A stretch of DNA of 64,000 nucleotides from NCBI RefSeq assembly GCF_028641065.1, contig NC_073391.1, positions 32,550,001 to 32,614,000 of the forward strand, given 5' to 3'. The number at the start of each line of letters is the position of its first letter. Positions within the stretch are counted from its first letter, which is position 1. The stretch comes from Leucoraja erinacea (lineage: Eukaryota). Positions 10,713-24,749 of the stretch are shown in pieces. A program made the translations under genes and the position numbers. Below the pieces are notes generated by a model that was given only the letters and a program-made list of their open reading frames with translations, had not been told where the DNA came from and did not search any database.

Positions 10713-12049
10713 GTGAGTTGCCAGCTCCTCATCGGGCAACCTGGCTGCAAGGGACTGGCCGGAGTGGGCATCTGATGTTAGAGTGCCGGTAAACGGCCAG
10801 CAGGTCAGGCAGCATCTATGGAGAGAGGACCAGAGCTGACATCAGAGGTTGGAGGTTCAATGGTGCATTCTTTGTCACATATGTAACTGCACAGTGAAAT
10901 GCAGTCTGAAGAGGGCTGGACCCGAAACGTCGCCCATTCCTGCTCTCCATAGATACTGCCTCACCCGCTGAGTTACTCCAGTATTTTCATTCTGTTGCAG
11001 TTCCCGCCAACCAACGTTCCTGTCCTCTCCTCGCCCGGCCATCTTTGTGTCACTGGGGTGCTTCCTGCAGCTGACTTTGAAGGCTCTAGAGACCTTACGC
11101 CGTTCAAGCCATCGGGCTATATGTACACCATATGGACACGAGCAGCTATATGGACACCAAATTATTTACATTTATACACTAATCAAATATTTACAGCCAT
11201 ACAAAAAAGAGAGAGAAAAAGAAAAAATCCTTATATACTATACAGTATCTCTTAGTCATATATACAACCCATCACCCTATAATCACCCTTCCCAATACAA
11301 TCAGTATAACAAATATGCCACTCACAATCACCTATCCTCATCCCAATATCCTTTTAAAACTTTCCCTGCACATCTCTGTTATCTCCAGCCCATTCCTCCT
11401 GGAAAAAGAGGGTTGGAGAGGCAGAACCTTTTTCCTAGGATTAAATATTAGAGGGCATGACTTTGTGACACGGGAGATAGCTTAACAGAGATGTGTGGGG
11501 CAAGTTTTTTTTTTAAAGAGTGGTGAGTACCTGGAACATGATGCTTTGGTTGGTGGTGGCGGCTGATGGGGAAGTGGTGTTTAAGGGGCTTTTGGAAAGG
11601 CACATAGAAGTGCAGGTAATAGAGGGACATGGATCATACACAGTCAGAGAAGATCTGTTCAACGACATCATGTTCGGCACAGATGTTGTGGGCCGAATGG
11701 CTGTTCCTGAACTGTACTTTTTTTAGTTTAGTATAAAGATGCGGAAACGGGCCCTTTTGCCCACCAATTGCATACCGGCCAGTGATTTCTGAACACTAAC
11801 ACTAACTTACCCACTAGGGACAATTTACAATCTTTACCAAAGCCAATTAACCTGCAAACCTGAAAGTATTTGGAGTGTGGGAGGAAACCGGAGCACCCAG
11901 TAAAAAACACACACGGTCACAGGGAGAAAGCACAAACTCCGCACAGACAGCACCCCCAGTCAGGATTGAACCCGGGTCTCTGGCGCTGTGAGGCAGCAAC
12001 TCTACCGCTACGTACTGTTTAAAGTTCTAGATGTGTTTTGTTTTCTCAG

Positions 12050-12217
12050 GGTTTGCTCGGCTGGTTCATGGTGAAGAGTGGTTTGGAGGAGAAGCAAGAC
12101 TCCCACGATATCCCCCGCGTCAGTCAGTACCGCCTGGCCGCACATCTGGGCTCCGCATTGCTGCTGTACTGCGCTAGTCTGTGGACAGGCCTGTCCCTCC
12201 TCCTGCCCCCCAACAAG
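12050..12217 (+). CDS. COX15: COX15 exon 5
   Basis: [56 protein letters not shown]. 168 nt. Confidence 0.97.
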
Positions 12218-12926
12218 GTACCGTACAGTGGCACTTCGTACATTAGAGGGTTTAGCCTGTAGTTTAGTTCAGAGATACAGCGTGGAATCAGTCCATTCGG
12301 CCCTCCAATTCCATTCCGACCAGCAATCACCCGTACACTAGTTCTATCCTACACCCTGAAATGTTACCCATCCATGTTCTTCAGAAATGCTGCCTGACTC
12401 GCTGAGTTACTCCAGCACTTTGTTTGCTAACCAGAATCTACAGTTCCTTGTTACTAGCGAATAAAAGAGCGGGGGGGGGGGGGGGGGGGGGGGGGGAGAC
12501 AGCAGTCAACAGGAGATACAATATTAGTTTGGTTTAGAGATACAGCGTGGAAACATACCCCTTCAGCCCAGCACCAAGTTCATGCTGATCAGCTAACCAG
12601 CCAGCACCTGAATAGTTTTATGCTGCACAAGCTGGGGATAATTTATGCACGTCAATTAACCTATAAACCTCTACGTCTTTGGAGTATGGGAGGAAACTGG
12701 CACCCGGAGAAAACCCATGCAGGTCACAGGGAGAACGTACAAATCCGTACATATAGCATTCGAAGTCCGGATTGAACCCGGGTCTCTGACGCTGTGAGGA
12801 AGCAACTCTACCGCCTGTGTCAGCTGTTGTGATTTAATGATAAATTGTTTCCCACTGCTGTGCAATACTTTCGATCAGTCGATCAAGTAAACTTGCGCCT
12901 TTAATGAGGTTCCTGTCTTATCACAG

Positions 12927-13008
12927 ATGCCGAATACTCGCCAGATGATGCTGTTTCGGCAATTCGCCCGAGGGACCGGTGGCCTCGTTTTTATAACCGC
13001 ACTTTCAG
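12927..13008 (+). CDS. COX15: COX15 exon 6
   Basis: MPNTRQMMLFRQFARGTGGLVFITALS(G), with cag|...|gtaaaa boundaries. 82 nt. Confidence 0.94.
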
Positions 13009-14146
13009 GTAAAACTCTGTCTGATTCAGTGCTGGTAAGAGTCTCGGGCCCTTACGATGGGTTGGTGTTGTATTATATGATATTAGAATGATTCAAAACA
13101 TCAACTGAAATTAATGAAAACCAGATAGAAATTTATAAAATTATGAGAGACAGGTTGATGGATGGGACAGGTTTGTGGGCCAAACGCTGGTGGGTTTAGC
13201 GTGGGTGGGACATATTAGCTGGTGTGGGCAAGTTTGGCCGAAGGGCCTGTTTCCACTGTAAGACTCTGATTCTATGACACAGTAGGGTAGACAGCGCCAA
13301 TCTTTATAGGACCTTGGTTAGGCCCCTTTAGAAAATCACATGCAGTTCTGGTCACCCCATTGCAGGAAAGATGTGGAGGCTTTGGAGAGGGTGGAAATGT
13401 CAAATACTAGAGGGCTTAGCTTTAAGGTGAGAGGGGCAAAGTTCAAAGGAGATGTGCGGACATGCTTTTCCTACGCAGAGGGTGTGGGTTCATGGAAAGC
13501 CTTGCCAGGGGTAGTGGTGGAGACAATTATTATAGCAGGGTGTAAGATGCTAACAGGCATGTGGATATGGAGGGATATAGACGAGATTTTATCTTGGCCT
13601 CGTGTTCGATGTGGTCATTGTGGAATGAAGGGCCTGTTCCTGTGCCTTGTATATAAATCTATAACCGTATACATGCAGGCTTTTTAGTTTTTTCAATTTA
13701 AAATTTCCAACATGTACCAATATATACATTTTGCCACGGTAATTAAATCCTGAATATTTTGGGGCAGCACAGTGCGCAGCGGCAGAGTTGCTGCCTCACA
13801 GTGCCAGAGAGCCAGGTTCGATCCTGTCTACGATCCGGGTGCTGTATTATAGAGTTTGTATGTTCTTGTGAACACCTGACTTTTCTCCGAGTGTTCCGGT
13901 TTCACCCCACATTCCAAAGACTTGCGGGTTTGTAGGTTAGTGGCTTCGGTAAAATTGTAAATTGTCTCTAGTGTGTAGGATAGTGCTAGTGTACAGGGTG
14001 ATCGCTGGCCGGCATGGATTTGGTGGGCCGAAGGACCTGTTTCCACTCTGGCTCTAAACGAAACAAGTTGATGTTTTGTGAGTCGTGCCTGTTGAAGCCC
14101 ATTTGTGGTCACGATTGATGGTTTTTTCTCTTTGGTCTGTCTGCAG

Positions 14147-14301
14147 GAGCTTTCGTTGCTGGCTTGGATGCTGGTCTCGTTTACAACTCTTTCCCCAAAA
14201 TGGGTGCCCGCTGGGTACCTGATGACCTTTTGGCCTTCTCCCCGGCTCTCCGAAACTTCTTTGAGAACCCAACCACCGTGCAGTTCGATCACCGGATCCT
14301 G
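14147..14301 (+). CDS. COX15: COX15 exon 7
   Basis: [51 protein letters not shown]. 155 nt. Confidence 0.97.
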
Positions 14302-14369
14302 GTAACTATTTCTCAATTCTGTCGGCGTGAACTATTTTCTATTTCTGCTTTGCTCCAGAGAGGTTAGAG

Positions 14370-14949
14370 CAGGGGTCGGCAACCGTGTTCTGGATAAGGG
14401 CCAGGACGCTTGTCTGAGCGGATGGTGGGCCACATCTATCACGTGTACACATGATCCCGCCCCCATCCTGCGCCGGATGGCAGGCATCAAATCACATGTT
14501 CACATGGATCCCGCTCCTTCGAGGACGCCACCCGGAGCACTGGCCCCCAGTTACAGGCGCTCACCAGCATGGCGCACCTACGGACCATCGCCTTGCGAGC
14601 TCTTGTCCTGAAGGTGGTGGTTCAAATACTCACACGTCCCCGGCCTATTGACAACCCTGACGCTGACAGTGAAGCCCAGACATAGAAGGTGCGCGGCCAT
14701 GCCGGCGGCTTTGCGCAGGACGCGGCACAGCCAGATCTCGGCGCTCGCCGCTGCTTGGCGACTCTGCCATTGCGGCCGCATGCACAGGCCTTCTTGTGTC
14801 ACCATGCCACGGCCTCGGGCCCAGGAGGTAGCAGAGATGATGGATGTCTGCGGGCCGGATAATTACTGGAAAAAAAGTACGCTTGCGGTCCGGATGATTT
14901 TGGGTTACGGGCCGCATTCGGCCCGGGGGCCAAAGGTTGCCGACTCCTT
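14370..14949. mobile_element. Non-autonomous hAT (Charlie-like) DNA transposon
   Basis: TIRs CAGGGGTCGGCAACC / GGTTGCCGACTCCTT (13/15 complementary). 8-bp TSD GGTTAGAG / GTTTAGAG. CpG-rich interior. Confidence 0.85.
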
Positions 14950-15110
14950 GTTTAGAGGCATAACGCCTGAAAACAGGCCCTTCGGTCCAACTTGCTCAAA
15001 CCAACCAACAAGTCCTGTCAACACTAGTCCCGTCTGCTTGCATTTGGCACATATCCCTATAAACCTTTCCTGTCCATGTACCTGTCTAAATGTTTCTTAA
15101 ATGTTGCGAA

Positions 15111-15465
15111 ATAGAAACATAGAAATTAGGTGCAGGAGTAGGCCATTCGGCCCTTCGAGCCTGCACCGCCATTCAATATGATCATGGCTGATCATCCAAC
15201 TCAGTATCCCGTACCTGCCTTCTCTCCATACCCTCTGATCCCCTTGGCCACAAGGGCCACAGCTAACTCCCTCTTAAATATAGCCAATGAACTGGCCCCA
15301 ACTACCCTCTGTGGCAGAGAGTTCCAGAGATTCACCACTCTCTGTGTGAAAAAAGTTCTCCTCATCTCGGTTTTAAAGGATTTCCCCCTTATCCTTACCC
15401 TTATCCTTAAGCTGTGACCCCTTGTCCTGGACTTCCCCAACATCGGGAACAATCTTCCTGCATCT
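15111..15465 (-). mobile_element. CR1 LINE 3' end (young copy)
   Basis: RT C-terminus SRTRGHSLRI..FKTEMRRTFFTQRVVNLWNSLP plus a (TTTCTATG)n tail. Nearly identical to 23212-23596. Confidence 0.9.
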
Positions 15466-16262
15466 GTGCCTCAACTATCTCCTCCGGCAGCTCATTCCAT
15501 ATATCCGCCATCCTTTGCTTATATTTTTTTTTAGTTGCCCCTCCGGTTCATATTAAATCTTTTCCCCCCCCCCCCCCCCACCTTAAACCTATATCCACTG
15601 GTTCCTGATTCCTCTACCCTAGGTAGAAGACTCTGTCTTTACCTGATCTAGTTGGGTATTGGAGTTATTGCACAGGAAACTGGGCATCACAAGATGACTG
15701 CTTGTGTAAATGTCTGACCTTGAAGCCTGCAGATCAAAGGCCTCATCATAGAGTCTTGGGACATGGAAACAGGCCCTTCAGCCCACCTTATCCATGCCGG
15801 CCACATTGGTATCTTGCCTGAATTTGGCTCGTATTCCTCTCGACCCTATTTGTATATCTGTCCATTTATCTTGTATGTACACCACTAAACCCTTGCTATT
15901 CATATATCTGCGCAACTTGTCTTGTATGTACACTACTTTTCACTGCTCCCCATGTGGCAAAGCAGTCGACGCCATTGAAGTAAGTTTTAAAAATCAGTTA
16001 ACTGCGGATGCTGGGAATATCAATATAATCCGGGCGGCATGCTGTGGTGCAGCGGTGGAGTTACTGCCTTTCAGCGCCAGAGACCCGGATTCAATAATGA
16101 CCTCGGGTGCTGTCTAAATCATCCATTCCATTCGGTAATTTTCAATGAGGTCTCCCCTCGTCCTTCCAAACTCCAGCAAGTGCAGGCCCAGAGCCGTCAA
16201 ATGATCATCGTATGTTACCATGGTGTGGTTCTAGTTCTGTAATCTGTGCTCTCTGTTCCCAG

Positions 16263-16376
16263 GGCATTGCCTCAGTGACAGCAGTGACCGTCCTCTACGC
16301 ATTATCCCGCAGGATGGCCTTAACCAGAAGAACACGGGTGGCTGTTTCCTCGCTTCTGGCCATGGTTTACATGCAG
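16263..16376 (+). CDS. COX15: COX15 exon 8
   Basis: GIASVTAVTVLYALSRRMALTRRTRVAVSSLLAMVYMQ. 114 nt. Confidence 0.95.
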
Positions 16377-17399
16377 GTACTAGCACAGATCAGCGTGGCA
16401 TTACTGGCACTAATGCAGCGAGGCTTACACACTCAACCACACTCCAACCTGTGCCAGAAACTCTTGGGAATCAGCTGCACAGTGTGGGGCTATCCACTAG
16501 CGTTTGAGGCTGCACAGTGGCGCAGCAGTAGAGTTGTTGCCTCACAGCGCCAGAGACCTGGGTTTGATCCTCACTACGGGTGCTGTCTGTATGGAGTTTG
16601 TACGTTCTCCCTGTGACCGCATGGGTTTCCCCCAGGTGCTCCAACTTCCTCCCACATTCCAAAAACGTGCAGATTTTTTAGGTTAAACGAATGTGCCTTA
16701 AGGTTACCATTATTACACCTGTGTCGGAAGGAACTGCAGATGCTGGTTTCCACCGAAGATAGATACAAAATGCTGGCTGGTAAAAAGGAATAGGTGATGT
16801 TTGGGGTCAAAACCCTATCCCTTCATTATCACCTCTTCTAATGGACCATTATGGGCTCCTCCTTTTCTTGGTGATTGGTGCCGGCTCTGATTTATGCTGC
16901 ACCTTTTCATATCTCTAGTTTCCCTCTCCCCTAACTCTGAAGACTGGTTTTGACCAGAGTCTAGGAGCAGACAGCACAGCCTCTGAATAAAAGGACGTAC
17001 CTCTACAAAGGAGATGAGGAGGAATTACTTTAGTCAGAGGGTGGAATTCTGTGCAAAATTCACTGCCACAGAATGCTGTGGACCTTTAAAAGGCGGAGAT
17101 TGATAGGTTCGTGATTAGTAAAGGTGTCGGGGGTTATGGGGAGAAGGCAGGAGAATGGGGCTGAGGAGGAAAGATAGATCAACCATGATTGAATGGCAGA
17201 GCTGACTCGATGGGCGGAATGGCCTAATGCTGCTCCTATATGAAACGTCATCCACCCATGTTCTCCAGAGATGCTGCCTGACCCGCAGAGTTAGTGCAGC
17301 ATTTTGTCTGTATTATTATGCCTGTGTTTTCCGTGATCTCAAAGTCTGCGAATCACTGCTGTAAAATAAACTGAAAACAAGACCTGCACCTTGTTTCAG

Positions 17400-17531
17400 G
17401 CGGCGCTGGGAATCGGCACGCTGCTGCTCTACGTCCCCACCCCGGTGGCGGCCACGCACCAGTCGGGGTCCCTGGTGCTCCTCAGCATGTCCGTCTGGTT
17501 GATTCACGAGCTCCGCAGACTCCCCAAGTAA
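17400..17531 (+). CDS. COX15: COX15 exon 9 (last coding)
   Basis: AALGIGTLLLYVPTPVAATHQSGSLVLLSMSVWLIHELRRLPK*. Confidence 0.97.
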   Translation, partial: AALGIGTLLLYVPTPVAATHQSGSLVLLSMSVWLIHELRRLPK

Positions 17532-17770
17532 AGCATTACACACACGGAGCGAGCTGCAGGCCGCGATCGCTGATCAACGTCCTCGCCTTGAACAGCGGGG
17601 AGAGGAGTCGCAAATTCATGTGCACATCGCAGGTCGTGAGTGTCCAGTGCTGTGGTTTCTCTTGGATGTTACTGCCTTCTTTTTCCAGGTTTCCTACTAA
17701 TCAATCGTTCAATACTGCTTTATTTGTCACGTATGCAGCTGCACAGTGAAATTCATTTTGCCCGCATAAA

Positions 17771-17789
17771 ACACACACACACACACACA

Positions 17790-17857
<68 letters not shown>
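17771..17857. repeat. (AC)n microsatellite just downstream of the COX15 stop
   Basis: About 43 AC units with one interruption. Confidence 0.97.
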
Positions 17858-17861
<4 letters not shown>

Positions 17862-20800
17862 ATGCCAAAACTGCGCCCTTTCCAAAGTCCGGTCGGCCCG
17901 AGTGCTCGATGTACTGGAGCAGTTCCCTCTCCTCGCCCGGTCACGCCTGTGTCCCAGGGGCGCCTCTTGCAGCCGATCTTGAAGGCACTGAAGGCAATAC
18001 CCCAGTTCACCCTCCTGCGAACCCCAGCTCCTCACGTCTCCAGCTCCCTTCAGCACATGATGTGACTGAAGGGGAGAGAGAGTGAGAGAGACACATAAGC
18101 ACACAAAATCTTTAAGTGTAATCTATTTTCTTTGCAGTTTTGACTACATATATAAACAGATCTACCCTGCTATACCAAGTTCTATTGAATTGCCTTATTA
18201 TCACGTGCAAAACTCAGTGAAATCCTTTTGCGAGTCACCACACTTGGTGCCATTTCCAAAGTTCGGTTTCCGGGCTATGCCTGATGGAGCGGCGCCCGAT
18301 CTAGGCGAGCTCCAGGCCTCCAGCCATTGCCTTTGTCAGGATCGTTCAGCGAGCCCAAGTCCCTCTCCTCGCCCAGCCGACCTCGAGGGTACGGAAGGCA
18401 CGACTCTGATTCACACTCCTAGTGGCCTTGCTCCTCGCGTCTGTTGGCAGCGGCTCCCTCCTCTCTGGTCTGTGGTAATGTTACAATGATGTTGATCTGT
18501 CGCTGGGCTAGCTTCACTACATCGTTCTGCACTCAGAAGCTAACGTGCTTTAACTTCTATGCTCCTGTCCACCTCTCAAAGTTGTTCCCACTGCCCTCTG
18601 CTGGTGAAGGTCTTCCTCTGCAACCACAAACCATTCCCTCAATGCCCACGTCTCGCATTTCAAGAGAAGGTTATGCAATCAGTGTTGTTCCAAACATGTA
18701 ATCATTTAATCAAGATGTTCAGAAATCAGTAATACTAATTCTACATTTAAATATTCTTTGTAAATTGTGATGAATTAAAAAGCAATATTTTACAATATCT
18801 TAAATATTGTGCTATGTTTGACGTTTATTCTGGCCCTGGTATCTTTTCAGAAGAACAAGAAGGGTCTTGACCCAAAATGTCATCTATCCATGTTCTCCAA
18901 TAATGCTGCCTGACCAGCTGAGTTACTTCAGCAATTATTTTGCAGACCATCATCTGTAGTTCTTCGTATCACTTGCCTGCCCTAACCTCTATTCTAGCCA
19001 CCTTCCGTCTACTGCGTTCAGTCTGAAGATGGGTCCCGACCCGAAACGTCACCTTTCCATGTTCTCCAGAGATGCTATCTCCAGCACTTTGTGTCCTGTG
19101 TATTAACCAGCCTCTGCAGTTCCTTGTTTCTGCACTCTGAAATGGAGAACTGCTGGAAATGCTTGTCTGATTGAAGAAAGAAACCGATTTAGATTTTGAT
19201 GGGGAAAAATAGATGGTTGAGTGATGGAGTCTTTTCCCCAGAGGAGGGGAAATCAAGAACCAGAGGACATACATTTAAGATGAGGAGAAATATTTAATAG
19301 GAACCCAAGGGGCACATAAAGAGTGGCGGGTATATGGAATGAGCTGCCAGGGAAGGTAGTTGAGGCTGGTACTATAACCGCATTAAGAGACATTGGACAG
19401 CTACATGGATAGGAAAGGTTTAGTGGGATATGGGGCAAACATGGGTAAATGGGTCACCGTTGACAAGTTGGGCCGAAGGGTCTGTTTCCATGCTGTATGA
19501 TTGACTCCTGAACAGTACTTGCTGAGATTGCTGTTTGTTCTTGACTGAAATTTCCTCTTTTTCCCTTAATCTTTTCCCTGAAAAGTTCACTTTAACATCT
19601 GCCCTTCCTTGAAAACTCGCCTTTCAGCTCTGTGTATTTTGTTCTTGTTATTATGCCCTTCTCAAAAAAACTCAATCTAGATTGTTTTCCTTTTCAAGAC
19701 ATTATAAACCACAGGGACGGAATTAGGCCATTCGTCCCATCAAGTGTACTCCACCATTTAATCATGGTTGATCTATTTTTTTCCCTCAACCTCATTCTCC
19801 TGCCTTCTCCCTATAACATTTGATGGCATTATTCAAGAACTGGTCAATCTCCACGTTAAAAACACCCAATGACTTGACCTCCACTGCCGTCTGTAGCAAT
19901 GAATTCCACACTCTGCTAAAGAAGTTATTTCTCATCTCCATTCTAAAGGTCCGTCTTTTTATTCTGAGGCTGTGCCCTCTGGTCCTAGACTCCCTGACTA
20001 CTGGAAACATCATCTCCAGGTCTCTATCGAGGCCTTTCATTACCTCTTTCATTACAGATTCTAGCAATTGCCATATCATTAATGTTATGCTACGTTAGTT
20101 GAGTTTCCCCTTTTTGGCGCACTGGTATTACATTAACCACCCTTCTAGTCCTCAATTATAGAACCCTCGAAGATTACCCATCATGTTTAAAGCCACTACA
20201 TCAAAACGTTTGGATGTCAGTGATCAAGACTGGTGATGCCTGTTTTCTAGCTCACTGACTAAGCTAAGTTTAGTTTATTGACACGCGTACGAGGTGCGGT
20301 GAAAAGCTTTTGTTGCATGCTAACCAGTCAGCGGAAAGACTGTCCATATTCCAATCGAGCCGTCCACAGTGTATAGATACATGATAAAGGAATGACGTTT
20401 AGTGCAAGGTAAAGTCCAATTAAAGATAGTCTGAGGGTCTCCAATTAGGTAAATAGTAGTGTGTGGGAAGGTATTGCAGACGCTGGTTTAAACCGAAGAT
20501 AGACACAAAAAGCTGGAGTAACTCAGCGGAACAGGCTCAGGATAGTAGCTCAGGTCTGCTCTCTAGTTGCCGATAGGACGGTTCAGTTACCTGATAACAG
20601 CTGGGAAGTGTCCCTGAATCTGGAGGTGTGCGTTTTCACACTTCTGTCCCTCTTGCCCGATGAGAGAGAGGAGAAAAGTGAGTGACTGGGGTGCGACTGG
20701 TCCTTGATTATGCTGCTGGCCTTGCCGAAGCAGTGTGAGGTGTAGATGGAGTTAATGGAAGGGAGGTTGGTTTGTGTGATGGTCTGGGCTGCGTCCACAA

Positions 20801-22579
20801 CTATTCGCAATTCCTCGTTGGACTACTATGTTTGTCTCACACCTCCAGTGTGTCTTCTTTCAGCCTTAGACTCGTTGTTTCATTCCTGTGGCATTTCCTT
20901 GTTACCCTCCATCAAGACATCTTAATGTAAGGAGATGTGTGAAAATGCATACATCCATATTCAGGGACTGTTTATTTTATTTTACTCAATTCTCAGTGTC
21001 ACGGAGGCTCGGCGATTACAGGCTTCACTCCATTTCTGAAACATGGGACTCGTGTAGCTCTCCCTGATAGCACTTGCTGCAAACATCCTCATTGCCTTGG
21101 TTCCAAGGTTTACTGACAGCTCTTTGGATTATTAAGCAACTTCATGGTTGGTCTCGTCAAAGGTGGCAATTCACCCTCTGAACAAACAAGATAAGCAGTA
21201 CCGTCCTGCCCAGAGAGAGAGAGAGGACGGCAAGTTGCTCTTGAACACAACCACGGACACTAGGAGAATGTAGGAATTAAGTGCGAAGCTGTACATAGCC
21301 TCACCTTTTGTTTAATTTAGGGATACCGCGTGGAAACAGGCCCTTCAGCCTACCGAGTCTGCTCCGACCAGCGATCACTCGTTCTATGTTATTGCAGTTT
21401 CACATCCTACACACCCCGGGACAATTAACCTACAAACCTCCACGTCTTTGGGATGCGGTAGGAAACCAGAGCACCTGGAGAAAAGCCACACGGTCAGAAG
21501 GAAAATGTGCAAACTCCACACAGACAGCACCCGAGGTCAGGATCAAACCCGGGTCTCTAACGTTGTAAGACAAGCAACTCTACCGCCGCGCCACTGTGCC
21601 GCCCCTTTTACAGACACATTAGGGGCAATAACAATAAAAAATAAACATGCACTCAATAATCGTTTATTCTAAGTAAACCAGACCACGATAGTCCAAACAT
21701 CAAAGTACGCGGAGCAACTTCAGTACAAAGTCTAGTGGCTCGGTGCTGCGGTGCGGATGTGCAGAGTGGTTCACGGGTCTGATGGTTAATGGGCAAGAAG
21801 CTGTTCTTGAGCCTGGGCGACACACAAACCTCTGGAGGAACTCGGCACAATGTTCTCGATCCGAAACGTCACCCGTTCCTTCTCTCCAAAGATGCTGCCT
21901 GTCCCGCTGAATTACTCCGGCATTTTGTGTCTGCGGTTTAAACCAGCAATCTGCAGTTCCTTCCTACACTCTTGAGCCTGGTTGCCAGATTGAAGCCACA
22001 CGCAAACTGGTGGAACAGCACATCATATGCCGAAAATAGACACAGAATGCTGGAGTAACTCAGCTGGTCAGGCTGTATCTCTGTAGAAAAACCATGGCTA
22101 TCTCCAGTTCCCTCTTATTTATTTTCACTCTGAAGAAGGGTTCCAACCAAAACATTCACCTGTCCTTTATCTTATATTATATCTCAACCAGTTTTCGTGC
22201 AAAGACAACCAATGATGCCCCTACATACTATATAGACCACACACAGTCTGTGTCGTCCAGAACTTATTTGGTGGTTGTGGTGTTTAATAGCCTGATGGTT
22301 GTAGGGAGGTACTGCATAGATTAATATTTGACAGGTGATTTAGTGGAAAACCCTGTCAATTATTGACTGAAGGGACAGCAGGTTGTGGCGCGGGAAACCT
22401 CACAGTCCGCGTTGATCGGAAGCCTGGACTCGGAGACAGGACGTGGGCTCGGCAGGCAGGGGCTGAATCCCCGGCACAGAGCGCACCCTGACTAACACCA
22501 GCGCATAACGCACAGCGCGCTGTTTGCTATTCACTTGGTATGAACGGAGGGCTGAACCTCCCGCCGAAGACTCCCGCTG

Positions 22580-22670
22580 ATGACTTTATGGCAAATTCAT
22601 TCAGAAGGGGGTTCGGGAAAGCGATTTTGTCGGGAAAGAGAGGATCCACAAACTGACTATCGCAGGCTGG
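22580..22670 (+). CDS. Putative first coding exon of the ST3GAL gene
   Basis: ATG in a CpG-rich patch (22380-22690). Encodes MTLWQIHSEGGSGKRFCREREDPQTDYRRL G|gtgaga, and phase 1 fits the 24590 acceptor. No homology support. Confidence 0.45.
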
Positions 22671-23211
22671 GTGAGATCGTGCCTCTGTGTAGATTAGATT
22701 CCCACGTTGGTTGGTTCATGTTACTTGCACTTAACGTTGTTCCCTTCTCATGTATCTGTTATGTACACTGTAAATGGCTCGATTGTAAATCATGTACAAG
22801 CTTTTCACTGTCCCTCGGTTCATCTGACAACAAACTAAACTAAACCAAGCATGACGGGTCTAAATACACATGATATGGTATTCATCAAGCTAGAATGGTA
22901 GATAAGTAATGCTTTTCTGACGTGTACTTATGAATCTTGTGTATAATTTACACTGGGTAATGAAGTGACTGATCTCTGGTACAGAGTACAAAGTGCTGGA
23001 GTAACTCAGCGGCTCAGGCATCATCTCTGGGGAACATGAATAGGAGACGGTTTGGGTCAGGACTCTTCTTCAGACCCATCCGAAAATATCACCTATCTAT
23101 GTTTTCCAGATATACTGCCTGACCAGCTGAGTTACTCCAGCGCTTTGCAGATGCCGGTTTACAAAGAAATCGCTGGGTCGACTCAGCAGTTCAGGCAGCA
23201 ACTCCGGAGAC

Positions 23212-23596
23212 ATAGAAACATAGAAATTAGGTGCAGGAGTAGGCCATTCGGCCCTTCGAGCCTGCACCGCCATTCAATATGATCATGGCTGATCATCCAA
23301 CTCAGTATCCCGTACCTGCCTTCTCTCCATACCCCCTGATCCCCTTAGCCACAAGGGCCACATCTAACTCCCTCTTAAATATAGTCAATGAACTGGCCTC
23401 AACTACCCTCTGTGGCAGAGAGTTCCAGAGATTCACCACTCTCTGTGTGAAAAAAGTTCTTCTCATCTCGGTTTTAAAGGATTTCCCCCTTATCCTTAAG
23501 CTGTGACCCCTTGTCCTGGACTTGCCTAACATCGGGAACAATCTTCCTGCATCTAGCCTGTCCAACCCCTTAAGAATTTTGTAACTTTCTATAAGA
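23212..23596 (-). mobile_element. CR1 LINE 3' end (young copy)
   Basis: DRLDAGRLFPMLGKSRTRGHSLRIRGKSFKTEMRRTFFTQRVVNLWNSLPQ plus a (TTTCTATG)n tail. Confidence 0.9.
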
Positions 23597-24589
23597 CGGA
23601 ACGTTTTAGGTCGGGTCTGAAGAAGGGTCCTGACTCAAAACGTCACCTATCCATGTTCCCCAGTGATCGTCTTTGGAGTGTGGGATGAAACTGGAGCACC
23701 CGGAGAAAACCCACGCGGTCACAAGGAAAACGTACATAATCGGCATAGACAGCATCTGTAGCCAGAATCAAACCCGAGTCTCTGGCGCTGTGAGGCAGCA
23801 ACTACACCGCTGCACCACCGTGCCAACACCCCCAGGTTGGACCATGGACTGAACCGTTACGTGGCCATCGTGGGAAGGACAAATAGTCTGAAGTTCGTGT
23901 CTCTTTTCTAAACGTTTATTCCAGATTCCCACCGGGCTGAACAGATGTAATTCCGGTAAAGATGAATTCTCCTAGAAGGTACTTCAGTGAGAGGTAGGCA
24001 CGTTCGTTGGGAAAGAGTCAAACAGCTGCGCCTCACCTACACTCGTCCACTGGTTTCTTGTAGCATGTTCACTATCCTCTTGCCCGTCTCCTCTCACCTC
24101 CCCACCCCTCATCTTGTCTTATCTCCCCATCTCCACCTGGCCCCATTTCGTCATCTCTCCCACTTCTGGCCCCAAGTTTGAATCATCCACCCCCCCCCCC
24201 CCCCCCTCCTTCTAGCTCAATCTCCACATTATCTCTCCCACGTCCATCTTCATATCCCATCATCTCTCCCATTTCTGCCTCCATCTCCCATCATCTCTCC
24301 CACATCTGCCCCCATCATCCACACCTGTCCCCATCATCCCTCCCACATCTGTCCTCTTCCCTATCATCCCTCCCACATCTGTCCCCATCATCCCACAAAT
24401 ATCTGCCCCCTTCATCCACATCTGTCCCCATCTCCCACATCTGTCCCCATCATCTCTCCCACATCTGTCCCCCATCATCCACATATGTCCCTATCATCTC
24501 CCACATCTGTCCTCTCCCCACCATCTCTCCCACATCTGGCTTAATCCCCCCCATCATCTCCACCACATCTCCATCACATCGTGTTCCAG

Positions 24590-24677
24590 CAGCTGCGCCA
24601 CTGTGCCTCCCTCTTGGCTATATCTTGTCCGCCTTCTTGAGGCAGCACCTCCTGTGGATCCCATGGGCGGAGGGGAG
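24590..24677 (+). CDS. Putative second coding exon of the ST3GAL gene
   Basis: ttccag|CA GCT GCG...GGG AG|gtcagt. Phase 1-2 bridges the upstream exon and the TM exon. Confidence 0.4.
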
Positions 24678-24749
24678 GTCAGTGCCCGCGACGGGCCCGT
24701 TACCCTTCACCGTGATTCGGATGTGCATCTTCTTCCCCCCCACACACAG

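Noticed and set aside
8662-17531. COX15 as a pseudogene
   Set aside because: There is only one 1-bp lesion, with all other codons and splice sites conserved, so a sequencing error is more plausible.
24178-24589. N-terminal part of the 300-aa ORF
   Set aside because: It is a low-complexity CCCACATCTGTCCCCATCAT repeat. Only the downstream part has exon signals.
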